Shown here: piece after piece, positions 1 through 9,913 of the stretch
Position numbering within the stretch: position 1 is the first letter of the stretch
Layout of the letters: the number at the start of each line of letters is the position of its first letter
Virus record (IMG/VR): IMGVR_UViG_3300024262_000015
Span: 32,001-96,000 of that record
DNA: 64,000 nucleotides
Source: a virus
Reading direction: 5' to 3' (one strand)
The notes under the pieces: generated by a model
Told to the model about the DNA's origin: nothing
The model's database searches: none
What the model saw: only the letters and a program-made list of their open reading frames with translations
Made by a program: the position numbers and the translations under genes

Positions 1-462
1 CGTAAAATATCTAAATACAAAAACTCATTTAATTTATTAAAATTCCTTCATTTATTTGGCTTAGATAAAGCTATTCCAGAAATAATAAAAACCAATAATG
101 TTTTTATTGTAGAGGGCCAGTTTGATGCCATGACCTGTATTAAAGAAGGCCTGACAAACACGGTTGCTTTAGGAGGGTCAAAAATAAGTATAATTCAATT
201 TTTTAAACTATTAAGATATACAAACAACCTTTCTTTTATTTTAGATAATGATAATGCGGGCCATGAGGCAACAAATAAAATCAGGGAGAAATTTGGGTCT
301 TCAGCTAACATTCGCTTCATTAATTTGCCTGCTGGATATAAAGATATTGATGAATGTTTAAGAAAATATAATAAAAAAGATAGCTTTATCGCCTTTCTTA
401 AGAGCTTGCAACAAGGAGAAAATGAAAAAGAATCGTTCAGATCGTTATCAAAATATGTTTAA
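1..462 (+). CDS. dnaG: DNA primase, DnaG-type TOPRIM domain (5'-truncated by window edge)
   Basis: Frame is open from base 1: KYKNS...LFGLDKA...VFIVEGQFDAM...VALGGS...LDNDNAG...YKDIDE, the canonical DnaG TOPRIM motifs. Confidence 0.9.
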   Translation, partial: RKISKYKNSFNLLKFLHLFGLDKAIPEIIKTNNVFIVEGQFDAMTCIKEGLTNTVALGGSKISIIQFFKLLRYTNNLSFILDNDNAGHEATNKIREKFGSSANIRFINLPAGYKDIDECLRKYNKKDSFIAFLKSLQQGENEKESFRSLSKYV

Positions 463-856
463 TGAAATCTCCTATAGCCAAGAAATGTTGGCTGACTTTG
501 CAATAGAAGCAGGCCTCACTGCTAAATTAAATTCTTATAATGAAGCATTGCTTGAATTAAAATCTCAATTACGGCGAGAACTTTGGCGGCTGGTAGATAC
601 AGCGTTGACTCCTCGACAACGGCAAGTAATTAGACTTTATGCCCAAGGCTATACTCAGACGGAGATAGCTAAAATGCTTAATGTAAATCAGTCTAGCATT
701 ACCAAATCTATCAATGGAAATTGTGATTACAGAAATGGAAAAAAGGTTTACGGTGGTGCTAGAAAAAAACTTAGGAAGTTAGCAGAAAAAGATCAAAAGA
801 TTCAAGGACTAATTAAAAAGATGGTAGAACTGTCTGATGACGATATTTACTCCTAA
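422..856 (+). CDS. Sigma-70 region 4-like HTH protein (putative phage sigma/transcription factor)
   Basis: LTPRQRQVIRLYAQGYTQTEIAKMLNVNQSSITK matches the sigma70_r4/LuxR-type HTH. Region 2 is not evident. Confidence 0.75.
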   Translation: MKKNRSDRYQNMFNEISYSQEMLADFAIEAGLTAKLNSYNEALLELKSQLRRELWRLVDTALTPRQRQVIRLYAQGYTQTEIAKMLNVNQSSITKSINGNCDYRNGKKVYGGARKKLRKLAEKDQKIQGLIKKMVELSDDDIYS

Positions 857-980
857 AAAGCTAATTATTGTAAGGCTACAGGAAGAGCTATATATACGTA
901 ATATAGATACATATAAATGCAGGGCTTAGGAATAACACAGCATAACAAATGATTCCGGCCTTTTACATGTTGAGGGACAA

Positions 981-1469
981 ATGACGCGAATTGTAGGAAG
1001 CGATTTCGAACTAAAAGATTTTGAACAGTTGAATAATAAGATCCACAAAAAAGCATACCGGCTAGAGGATGTTAAGGATAAGATTGAAAAAGTTGCTTTT
1101 GATGTCGTCCGATTTAAAGAGGACGATGATATCAACAACCTTTGGATAGTTCAGTCTACTGATGATGGGGATGTCATCGTGGGGTTATATGAAGACGCCA
1201 AGCTTCCTGAAAAAAAGGCTTCAGAACATGGGTGGTCTGCAGTCCCAGATAATAAAGGTAAAGAAATTAATATTTATTACCGAGGCGAGCCCATTCATAA
1301 AGTACTTCCTTCTAACTTAGGCGTTCCCTCTCATGAAGTTCATACTCTCTCAACTTCAATCAAAAGAAACTTGCAAAAAAGCGCCTCCTATCGAAAATCT
1401 CTTTTAGCAGCGCTTCCCCTACCCACTCAACAGCGTTTCGTTCGGAAGTACCCGGAACTAAAGGAATAG
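981..1469 (+). CDS. Hypothetical virion-associated protein
   Basis: 162 aa ORF at the start of the structural cluster; KKAY, KVAF, KKAS and KSAS motifs. Confidence 0.6.
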   Translation: MTRIVGSDFELKDFEQLNNKIHKKAYRLEDVKDKIEKVAFDVVRFKEDDDINNLWIVQSTDDGDVIVGLYEDAKLPEKKASEHGWSAVPDNKGKEINIYYRGEPIHKVLPSNLGVPSHEVHTLSTSIKRNLQKSASYRKSLLAALPLPTQQRFVRKYPELKE

Positions 1470-1471
1470 GA

Positions 1472-3082
1472 ATGAATTTTAATGAGTTAAAAGGTGCTCT
1501 TTCAAGCTTGGCTACTGCTTTAGACAGTTCTGAAAAATTCTTTGCTGGAGCATTAGCACAACGAGCCAAAACCGCTGCATTAAAAGACCCTACCGATAGT
1601 TCGGTTTGTACGGCAGCAAAAGTTCTAGGAGATTGGGCTCAGAAAAAGCCTCTTATTACTCGTGCAGAGCTTAACAAGATTTATGACTCTCTTTATTCAA
1701 ATGGAACTGAATTAGGAGAGATTTTTAAACAAGAGCTTAAGCGGCCCGAGCTTCCTGAACCTACCCGAGCAAAACATGCAGAAGAGGAAGTTTACCTTAC
1801 TCAAGCTAATGCTAATACGGGCGATCCTCTTTTAGTCAATGCCTTACAGTCTTTATTGGATAATGAAACGCCACGTTTTTATTCAAAAGATATGGAAAAG
1901 CAAGCTCAGCGCGCCTGCTTAAATAAGCTCAGCAAAATTGCGGTTTACCCAAAAGACATTTCAGTTTTTATTGGTAGCCCAGATTGTATAATTTGTTCTG
2001 CAGCTTTTGAAACCCCTAAAGGAGTGGCTCATGCTTTAGTTCCAGTTCAGTTTAAAGAGAGCATGGCAATTCCTCCCAACATGTTTTTTTCACCAGTAGG
2101 TTTTGTTGACCTAGATAAAAGAGCAATTGATAACCACGTAAGAGCTACAGGGGGAAAATCATATAAGGTAGATGGTAAGCACCTTCTTAAAGTAATTGCT
2201 ACCGCCTCTTCTCCACTTCAAAAGCCTTTAAATAAAGTTGCATTAGCAGCTTATCAAATGAAAACCCAACAAGGCCAACAGACCATGAGTGGAGATTTGG
2301 TTTATGCGTCCATAGATGAACCAGTCCAAGAGATCACTCCTGCTTTTGATTTAAATCAAGAAGAGCTTACGTTTCAAGAACGGCTTAATACGCCAATTGG
2401 AATTGCTCAACATCTTCATGGTAAGCAAATTGTTGAAGCCGCTTATAATTCAGTTTTAAATAAATTAGCTCTTTATAAGTACAGCAATCCTCAAATCTCT
2501 TTGCAAAATGTAAAAGAAGACTCACTAGAGTTTGCTGTTTCTTTGGATGGCAATCAGGGAGTTTTAGTTCCTGTTAAGGTTTCTAATGGACTAGTTGTTC
2601 CTCCAAAAATTGCCATAGCTTCGGGCAAAATTGCAGCCTTTACTCCTGGTGGGCTAAGGCAACTCACTGCTGGAAAAACTGACGGCAGAGTAATGGCAAA
2701 AGCCTCTGCTGCTTATGGATCAAAGCCTCAAGAAGTCTTTGGGCTTTTTGAGAAAGCACTCTTAGAAAATAAAATATCTGTGGCTGAAGAACTCATTAAT
2801 GTTCTATCTACTCAGGATATTGGACTTTACCGCCAAGCTGTAAAGAAGATAGGCAAACATTTTTCTGGAGAACTGGTTAAAGAAGCCTCCGAAGAATCCA
2901 TTACTAAATGCTCTTTTGTTATGAACCACGCTCATTCTACTGAATCTTTGTGTGGACACTTGAATTTGCCTTTAACCAAAGTATACCAAGATGATAATGG
3001 TGATTGCCGGCCTCTTTATCGAAAAGGCATGAAAGACGCAACTGACCCTGTAGCTTTCATTAATTATCGGATGTATCTTTAA
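1472..3082 (+). CDS. Hypothetical structural protein with internal duplication
   Basis: 536 aa; two similar segments (ALVPVQFKESMAIPP / VLVPVKVSNGLVVPP); C-terminal C/H cluster. Confidence 0.6.
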   Translation: MNFNELKGALSSLATALDSSEKFFAGALAQRAKTAALKDPTDSSVCTAAKVLGDWAQKKPLITRAELNKIYDSLYSNGTELGEIFKQELKRPELPEPTRAKHAEEEVYLTQANANTGDPLLVNALQSLLDNETPRFYSKDMEKQAQRACLNKLSKIAVYPKDISVFIGSPDCIICSAAFETPKGVAHALVPVQFKESMAIPPNMFFSPVGFVDLDKRAIDNHVRATGGKSYKVDGKHLLKVIATASSPLQKPLNKVALAAYQMKTQQGQQTMSGDLVYASIDEPVQEITPAFDLNQEELTFQERLNTPIGIAQHLHGKQIVEAAYNSVLNKLALYKYSNPQISLQNVKEDSLEFAVSLDGNQGVLVPVKVSNGLVVPPKIAIASGKIAAFTPGGLRQLTAGKTDGRVMAKASAAYGSKPQEVFGLFEKALLENKISVAEELINVLSTQDIGLYRQAVKKIGKHFSGELVKEASEESITKCSFVMNHAHSTESLCGHLNLPLTKVYQDDNGDCRPLYRKGMKDATDPVAFINYRMYL

Positions 3083-3089
3083 AGGAAAC

Positions 3090-4433
3090 ATGAACGAAGC
3101 ATCTCATAAATTGTTAGAACTCGCCCGTGCTGTAAGAACAGAGTCTTCCAAAATCTTAGCTGAAGCTGAAGGAAGTTCTGAATACCCAACTCTATTAGCC
3201 TCCTTGGCTTCTTCCGTAGACTTTTTGGAAGAGCAAGCTGCTAGTCTGGGCCCAAAAACTTCCGCTAAAGAGCGCCTAGATGCTCTGGTAGCATTGGCCA
3301 ATGTCTTTGATGAAAGCCGTGATACCGTCTTAATGAAGTATGCTGCTGTTTTAGATGATATAATTCTTGAAGAGGGTTTAAAAAAAAAAGAGGCGCAGTA
3401 TAGCAAATATAACTTCCCCGAAGGATTTAACCAACTTAAAGAACGATTAGAAAAAGAAAAGGTCCAAAAGCCGGCCGCTAATGACTGGGAGGCTATAGAT
3501 AAAATTCGCCACACCGATAGAACTCAAGAAAGAGAAAATAACTACGGTGGCGCTTATAAAAAGCAAGTTGATTTCGAACGTCATCCAGAAAAAGTTAAAA
3601 AGCAATATGAGGAGCAGGTCTTAAATTATCGACCCCTCCAAATGCCTTTAAGCACTCGCACCTGTCCTGATCATCCTGGTGCTCAAATGATGCGTGTAGC
3701 GGACAATACCTACCAGTGCTCTCTTGATCATCGTATCTATCCCTGGCAACAAGGATTTGTGACCTATAAGGGCAATGTCGTTCCTGGTGGTGATTTAGCT
3801 AACCAAATTAAAGATTGGGATTCAGGAGTGGGTCATTACCTCTTTCAAACCCGTGAATCTAAGTTAACGAGCGCTTCAGATATAAGTAGTCCTTTTACTA
3901 AAAAAGCTAACGAAGTCACACCAGAACAGGCATCTAAAGCTTGGGAAGATCTTAAGCCGGGCATTAAAGGAGTTGATAATGTCCAAACAAAAATTGATAT
4001 TGTACAAAAATTTTTGGACCAAAACAAAGGAGAAGGTCACAGGATTAATTTAGATATTGCTTCGGTAGATGATTCAGATAAAGAACTAGAAGAAGAATCC
4101 CTTTCTATGGAACAATATGTTTATCTAACTAATACAGGCAAAGAAGTTCTTAAAGAAGGTGAAACCGAAGAAAAGTTTCCTGATACACCTGCGATTAGGG
4201 CCATGGAGGATCATGGGTGGAAAATGAGTCTAGAAGGACTCATTGATATTTTAAATGATAATAAACCTAAAGACTATCCAGAATATAATGAGGCCAAAAT
4301 TACTGAAGAACTTAATGGACGCAGAGAAGACGATCCATTCTTCACTTTCGGGCCTAATCCAGATGAAGGGGAAAAAGAAAGCTCAGAAACAAGAGCCAAG
4401 AAAGACAGAGATGCCGAGGAGGGCGTTTGGTAG
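3090..4433 (+). CDS. Hypothetical head protein with Zn-ribbon-like motif
   Basis: 447 aa; STRTCPDHPG...YQCSLDH; SD AAGGA upstream. Confidence 0.6.
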   Translation: MNEASHKLLELARAVRTESSKILAEAEGSSEYPTLLASLASSVDFLEEQAASLGPKTSAKERLDALVALANVFDESRDTVLMKYAAVLDDIILEEGLKKKEAQYSKYNFPEGFNQLKERLEKEKVQKPAANDWEAIDKIRHTDRTQERENNYGGAYKKQVDFERHPEKVKKQYEEQVLNYRPLQMPLSTRTCPDHPGAQMMRVADNTYQCSLDHRIYPWQQGFVTYKGNVVPGGDLANQIKDWDSGVGHYLFQTRESKLTSASDISSPFTKKANEVTPEQASKAWEDLKPGIKGVDNVQTKIDIVQKFLDQNKGEGHRINLDIASVDDSDKELEEESLSMEQYVYLTNTGKEVLKEGETEEKFPDTPAIRAMEDHGWKMSLEGLIDILNDNKPKDYPEYNEAKITEELNGRREDDPFFTFGPNPDEGEKESSETRAKKDRDAEEGVW

Positions 4434-5176
4434 ATGTTGGAAAATTTACTAAAATTCTCAGGCACCCACAAAAAGATTATATACTAAGCGAGCTTCTGAG
4501 CGGTACTTCTCCAGAAAAAGTTAGCGAATTCTTAAGCGTTAAATATTCCGGAGATAAATCTAGAATTGTAGGCAAATCCCTTCTCAGAGAGTTTAGGGAT
4601 GACCACCTTGATCAATATAAATTTCTTAAAAAGGTTATTAAAGGTAGTGCCGAATACGACCGCAACTTAGCAGAATCACTACTCAAAAATGATGTCTGGA
4701 AAACGCGCTTAGCCAGCTTTGTTGATGATGAACTAGATATCAAAAAGAAGACTGTTGATCTAATTAAAATAGTCGAAAGCCGTGTAGAACAGGTCTTTGA
4801 TAAAATTCAACAAGACCCTGGAAATTACAAGGGCGACTATGTTTTAATTAAATGGTTTGAGCTATTATTTAATGCTTTAGAGAAATTAGATAAGTTTGTT
4901 AATGGAGCGGGTGATACTATCATACAAAATAACATAACGGTTCAGATGGTTGAGCAACATTCATTGGCCTTTCAAAAAGCTATTACTGAAGTTCTTACAG
5001 AGTTTGATCCTGTCATATCTACACAATTTTTAGATCTTTTAGCCACCAAGTTACAGACCCTGGCTCCTCCTCAAATAGAAGCACCTGTCCAGCATAATTT
5101 GACAATTGAAGAGAAACGTAAGGAATTAAATAAGGTTATAGCCACCTTTGAGGATGAAGAAAATGAGGAAGATTAA
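4427..5176 (+). CDS. Hypothetical helical protein, possible terminase small subunit
   Basis: N-terminal HTH-like segment (ILRHPQKDYILSELLSGTSPEKVSEFL) and coiled coil, upstream of terL. Function is inferred from position only. Confidence 0.35.
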   Translation: MVDVGKFTKILRHPQKDYILSELLSGTSPEKVSEFLSVKYSGDKSRIVGKSLLREFRDDHLDQYKFLKKVIKGSAEYDRNLAESLLKNDVWKTRLASFVDDELDIKKKTVDLIKIVESRVEQVFDKIQQDPGNYKGDYVLIKWFELLFNALEKLDKFVNGAGDTIIQNNITVQMVEQHSLAFQKAITEVLTEFDPVISTQFLDLLATKLQTLAPPQIEAPVQHNLTIEEKRKELNKVIATFEDEENEED

Positions 5177-7280
5177 TGATTATTTCAATAAGCAAATGGA
5201 AGCTCATGGGCCTTCCCTTCCTCGACATCTGTTAGAATCTTTTACGAGAGAGGCAGAAGTAATGTCTGAATTGGGAGTTAAGTGCCCAGAAGACCAGTCT
5301 CTTTATTTTGCTTTATCTCAACACGTTCCAGTTATTTTAAAAGAAATTGCAGCCGGGAACTTTGAAAAACAAGTAGCTAATTGTATTTGTGATGTTTTTC
5401 AAAAAAGAAAAGAACTTCCATTAAATAACTTAAGAGAATGGTTTTATTCCGTATCTAAAGTAGGAGACAAGCTAGGCATACCACTAAATTCAGGGGCAAA
5501 ACAGCTTCTTATAAGTGGGCCAACATTGCAAACAAAAAAGGAAATGATGGACAAAACAGCTTACCCTCAAGGCTCCATAGGAAAATATGTTCCTCCTCCC
5601 TATAATGTTTATAAGTGGGTTGAAGCCAGTCAGTCCTTACACATTCTAACCACCAAAATAGGCTTTAATGATGCGTTCGCCCAAGTTACTCAAGCTTGGA
5701 AAAATGATGAAATAGAAAGCTTTCAATACTGGCTAAGATTTTATGGCTCTGGCGAAGAAGTAAAGTACAAACTAGCTCAAGCCCAAATTCCTATAAACCA
5801 ATTGCGAAGTTCTCTACCACCCTCTACCATTTATCCTCCTCACATTCAGTCCCAGCAAGCAGCCCCGGCCCCCTCTTGTGTTATTGAACATACCCCTAAT
5901 GCTCGACCAATGTCTCCCGTACAGGTACAGTCTTTACGAGTTAAGATTGAAAACCAACGTCAGAAAATAATAAGTCGCTTAAATGCAGCCGAACGTTTGC
6001 TTACTACTCCTGAAGGCCAAATTTTTTGTGGAAACAGTTTAGGAGAGTGTTTAAAAATTCTCCATGAACTTAAACTTAAAATTCAAACGGCCCAAAAAAT
6101 AAGCGTGTCTTCAACTTTATTTGAAGATTTCATTTATCGAACAGCTAATTTATTAAAAGCCTCTGGACGCCCTAAGCTAGGTAACTTTTTTGTTAAAGTA
6201 GCACAAGCCCAAATTCCTGCCTCGCCTCCAGATGCAGCCCCTCCCTCAGACCCAGCAGCCACACCTGCTGGCCCTGGTATGGACGCCACCTTTCCTCCTA
6301 TGGAAGGAGACATGGGGCTAGAAGGAGAGGGTGCCTTTGCAGATGAGGAGCCAATGGATAAGGCACCTTCGGAATCTGAGGAAGAAAGCAAAAGCGATGT
6401 AGCCTCTAATACTAAAGGTGCTAATAAAGAGTTTTTTGCCAATCTTGAATCAGGTCCGGATATGTCTTTGCTTGATGACGAAGATACTCCCAGAAAACGC
6501 CATAAAAAAGCTGATATCGAAGTTACGGCTCAAGCTTTATTGCCCGGCCAAACCCAAAATGTTCCAACCCCTGTTCCTGCACGCGCCCCTCTTGCTGCAC
6601 CCGCTCCCCCACCGGACATTCAGGTTTCTGCACCGGCCGAAGAGGTTGTGGTTACTGAAACGGCTCCACTCCCCGGTGAAGAAGAAATAGTCGTAACAGA
6701 AACTCCTCCTGGTGAAGTAGATGAAGCTTTAGAGGCGGTTCTTTCTTCGGTTACTATTGAAGACGTACTTGAACGATTAGAAGAAGTCGAAGGAGAATTT
6801 AAACGTCGCGACACTGCAAGAAAACTTTCTATTATCGATCTTATGATGAATCGTCTTGGGATTGTTGGATTCTTCCCATCTTTAGGAGAATCAATGGGCA
6901 AGGCTTTAGAAGCAAACCAATACATCAGCACTCGCCTAGAAGACATCACCTCTCGTATCCGGGCTGCTGTAGAAGAAACTCAACAAACAGGACACCAGCC
7001 AAAGGTTCTTACTCCAGAAGCTAAAGCCTTGAGAAAAGAGTTCGATAGACAAGATGATATTGCTAACCTTCGACGTGAAAAGCGCCGAGCAAAAGAAGAT
7101 AAAAAGCTGTTGGGACCCGAAGCCGGACCCACAATGGAACAGCTTCAATCTGAACTTGCTCAACCCCTTAATGTAGAGGCCCCACCCGCTCCTCCAATTA
7201 ATCCCGGTGAACATGTGGCAACAGTTCCAATGACCGCTGCCCAAATAGCTCCACCGCCTGCACCAGTACCAGGAGCATAA
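5148..7280 (+). CDS. Pro/Glu-rich hypothetical head protein
   Basis: 710 aa; low-complexity linkers; KTAY, KLAQ, KVAQ and KKAD motifs. Confidence 0.6.
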   Translation: MRMKKMRKINDYFNKQMEAHGPSLPRHLLESFTREAEVMSELGVKCPEDQSLYFALSQHVPVILKEIAAGNFEKQVANCICDVFQKRKELPLNNLREWFYSVSKVGDKLGIPLNSGAKQLLISGPTLQTKKEMMDKTAYPQGSIGKYVPPPYNVYKWVEASQSLHILTTKIGFNDAFAQVTQAWKNDEIESFQYWLRFYGSGEEVKYKLAQAQIPINQLRSSLPPSTIYPPHIQSQQAAPAPSCVIEHTPNARPMSPVQVQSLRVKIENQRQKIISRLNAAERLLTTPEGQIFCGNSLGECLKILHELKLKIQTAQKISVSSTLFEDFIYRTANLLKASGRPKLGNFFVKVAQAQIPASPPDAAPPSDPAATPAGPGMDATFPPMEGDMGLEGEGAFADEEPMDKAPSESEEESKSDVASNTKGANKEFFANLESGPDMSLLDDEDTPRKRHKKADIEVTAQALLPGQTQNVPTPVPARAPLAAPAPPPDIQVSAPAEEVVVTETAPLPGEEEIVVTETPPGEVDEALEAVLSSVTIEDVLERLEEVEGEFKRRDTARKLSIIDLMMNRLGIVGFFPSLGESMGKALEANQYISTRLEDITSRIRAAVEETQQTGHQPKVLTPEAKALRKEFDRQDDIANLRREKRRAKEDKKLLGPEAGPTMEQLQSELAQPLNVEAPPAPPINPGEHVATVPMTAAQIAPPPAPVPGA

Positions 7281-8015
7281 ATGGATATCCGGTCTCTTCT
7301 ATCGACCATTGAAAGCACGGCACAAGAAGAGCAAACAGGAACTCCCTATATAGTAGGTGGGCTTCCTAGAGACCGTGTTTTAAACCGCTCAGAAGTTATT
7401 AAAGATATTGATATTACTACTGGAGATGCGTCGGTTCGAAGATTAGGCCGTGAAATATTTAGAGATCTAAGGCCTTTAGGAGCATCTTTTGAATCCTTTC
7501 CAGACACTCATTCTACAATTAAAGTTGGAGATATAAGCATTGATTTCTCCAGTAATTTAATTAACCCAGATGCAGGGTGGCTTCTTAGAGGGCGCGGAAT
7601 AAAAAACCCAACCTCTATGGAACTAGAACTTTACAGCAGAGACTTTACTTGCAACACCCTTCTCATGAGCCTAGATTTAAGAACCATTAAAGACGTAACT
7701 GAAGAAGCGATTCCAGATATTAATGCTCGTCTTTTAAAAACCTGCCTGCCTCCTCAATACACTCTGGGCTCTGATCCAAGACGTATCATAAGAGCAATTT
7801 ACTTATCATCTAAATTAGATTTCACTTTAGACCCGGTTATGGTTAGATGGATTCAGGCACATCCAGAAGAAATATCTAAAGATGTAAAGCCAGGTTTCGT
7901 TGATGGGGTTTTAGGAAGAGCACTTAGCTATAACCGCGCCAATACCGAAGCTCTTTTAGATGAGCTTGGAGTATGGAAATACATTCCCTCTTTAGAAGAT
8001 TTGGAGCTTCGATGA
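7281..8015 (+). CDS. Class II nucleotidyltransferase (CCA-adding/poly(A) polymerase head and neck only)
   Basis: YIVGGLPRD, DIDI, RDFTCN and DPRRIIRA motifs; only 244 aa, no HD or tail domain. Confidence 0.85.
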   Translation: MDIRSLLSTIESTAQEEQTGTPYIVGGLPRDRVLNRSEVIKDIDITTGDASVRRLGREIFRDLRPLGASFESFPDTHSTIKVGDISIDFSSNLINPDAGWLLRGRGIKNPTSMELELYSRDFTCNTLLMSLDLRTIKDVTEEAIPDINARLLKTCLPPQYTLGSDPRRIIRAIYLSSKLDFTLDPVMVRWIQAHPEEISKDVKPGFVDGVLGRALSYNRANTEALLDELGVWKYIPSLEDLELR

Positions 8016-8200
8016 GTCATCCAAAATCTAGACCACTTATGTTTTTTGATAACTATGATATGGCTCCAACTTCAACTGGACCAGGGGTGGGCCTATATTC
8101 GGGTAACATGGGAAAGTACAAAAGTGTTAAACAATTCTTAAAGCACAAAAAACTTTCTGAGCTTTCTCTTATCTTCATGAAGGCGGCTAATGGTTTGTAA
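8012..8200 (+). CDS. Small hypothetical protein
   Basis: ATG overlaps the upstream stop (ATGA): MSHPKSRPLMFFDNYDM...GPGVGLYSGNMGKYKSV. Confidence 0.5.
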   Translation: MSHPKSRPLMFFDNYDMAPTSTGPGVGLYSGNMGKYKSVKQFLKHKKLSELSLIFMKAANGL

Positions 8201-8708
8201 AAAAAAATTAGTAAAACTTGCAGTCATAAGAAAGAATCATGAAGACGGATGTCCTTTTGGTTTAGATATTCCTATGGGATGCGAGGCTGCTGGTCAATGG
8301 ATTGATAGACTGGCTCCATTAGATGCGCTTCCAGATCTCACTGAAGAAGAGAAAACACAAGTTAAAGATCAAAACTTAAGACTTGTGGTGTGGGGAATTA
8401 TGCAAAGTGGACCGGCTTCTTGTAGATATGCCGGACAGCTTCTACCTCAATTTAACGGTGTGCAATGTACCTATGGAAGCACTGTCCCTGGTGAAAAGGG
8501 CAATGTCCCACTTAGAGGCACGCCTTATTTTGCAAGAATTATGAGTGGGATCGGATTAGATTCCCTTTATAATGTCCCAATGGGGTTTTATTCTGATAAC
8601 ACAATGCGTAACGGATATTATGCGCAGTATTCCTTGCAAGGAAGTTGTAAGTTAGAGGATGATATACTAGTTAAAGAAGGAGAAGATGAAAAACTCAAGT
8701 CTAAATAA
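8190..8708 (+). CDS. Cys-containing hypothetical protein
   Basis: 172 aa; CPFGL...GC...CRYA...C. Confidence 0.55.
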   Translation: MVCKKKLVKLAVIRKNHEDGCPFGLDIPMGCEAAGQWIDRLAPLDALPDLTEEEKTQVKDQNLRLVVWGIMQSGPASCRYAGQLLPQFNGVQCTYGSTVPGEKGNVPLRGTPYFARIMSGIGLDSLYNVPMGFYSDNTMRNGYYAQYSLQGSCKLEDDILVKEGEDEKLKSK

Positions 8709-8988
8709 GTGGATAATTTATAAAGTTACATGTATCCCTTCTCAAAAAATATATGTAGGGCTTGGGGGTAAAGCAAAGAGTCCTGAATCTATTAAAAAAA
8801 TGGTTGAATCTTCAAAAAAAACAAGAGAAATTAATCGTTATAAACCTCGGAAAAAACCGGTTTATTTATCTATAGAATATAAACAGGATATAAAGACAGC
8901 TTTCCACCAAGGACAGTTTCAAACCATCTTAGCCAAAAAGTATAGAGTTACACAGGCTACTATAAGTAAAATTGTTTCCATTCCTTAG
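8686..8988 (+). pseudogene. Internally deleted GIY-YIG homing endonuclease remnant
   Basis: IIYKVT...KIYVG is joined directly to NUMOD3-like GKAKSPESIKKM and a C-terminal HTH (LAKKYRVTQATISKIV). The catalytic R/E/N region present in 33285..34406 is absent. Confidence 0.7.
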
Positions 8989-9026
8989 GAGCTACCAATA
9001 AAGCAGAATAACTTTAAGGAAAACTT

Positions 9027-9881
9027 ATGCCTAGTCACCCCGGAATCCCTGCTCGTCCCCCAAACACTGCGCCTCGTGCTCCTGCTGCACCCAGATTTCC
9101 AGGTGCCGATTTAAACAATCTTGTAGTTTTGGAAGGGCCTCCAGCGGCACCTGACAACAATAATCTTTTGGTTGTTCAAGAGTCCGCTACTCAACCCAAA
9201 TCTCTACCTGGAGAAAGGTCTGGAGAGCTTTCTGTTGATGAAGATTCCGAAATTGTTTTAGATGAAGATATTTGGAATTGGAAAGAAAATGGTTTAGGTG
9301 GGTTTTTGAAATGGGTAGCTAATCGTTTAGAGACTGTACCGGCTCATGATGGAAAAAAAACTACAGGTCTTGAAAGAGCCATTGCTTATTTTGAGAGAAT
9401 AAACAAAGAGATTACAGGAGCAATGCAGCAAGATTTTAGAAATCAAATCAATACTGCTGAAGCTGAAGTTTACAGAGACCAAGTGGAAGATGGTCTTGAG
9501 AGCCTACTTAAGCGTTTAAATCAAGTAAGAAAATCTAAATTTAAGCGGTACCGAAGAAATGATAATCAGCCTGAAGGCATTGTAAAGGAAGCAGCCGGGT
9601 CAACAGCTATTCATGGTATTATTGTAACGGTCCCTCTTATCATTTCTCGAATTGCTCGGGTATGTATTAACGGAACTGTAGCCTCTGGTCATAGCATTGA
9701 GGATAGTTTTTGGCGTCTTTCAGAAAAATATGAACTCACCAAAAGAGAACGTGCTGAGCTTGAACAGCTTCTAGCGGATATGGGCTATTGGATCCGAAGA
9801 GATAGAGGCTACCTTCTTGATGAAGATATCGTGCCCTCCTCTGTTGATAAATTCGACTGGCAGAGCAACGTAAACAGTTAG
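9027..9881 (+). CDS. Hypothetical head protein
   Basis: 284 aa; SD AAGGA; KEAA motif; candidate promoter at 8996. Confidence 0.6.
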   Translation: MPSHPGIPARPPNTAPRAPAAPRFPGADLNNLVVLEGPPAAPDNNNLLVVQESATQPKSLPGERSGELSVDEDSEIVLDEDIWNWKENGLGGFLKWVANRLETVPAHDGKKTTGLERAIAYFERINKEITGAMQQDFRNQINTAEAEVYRDQVEDGLESLLKRLNQVRKSKFKRYRRNDNQPEGIVKEAAGSTAIHGIIVTVPLIISRIARVCINGTVASGHSIEDSFWRLSEKYELTKRERAELEQLLADMGYWIRRDRGYLLDEDIVPSSVDKFDWQSNVNS

Positions 9882-9913
9882 AGTGATGGATAAGAATATT
9901 TAGGGAGGAACTA

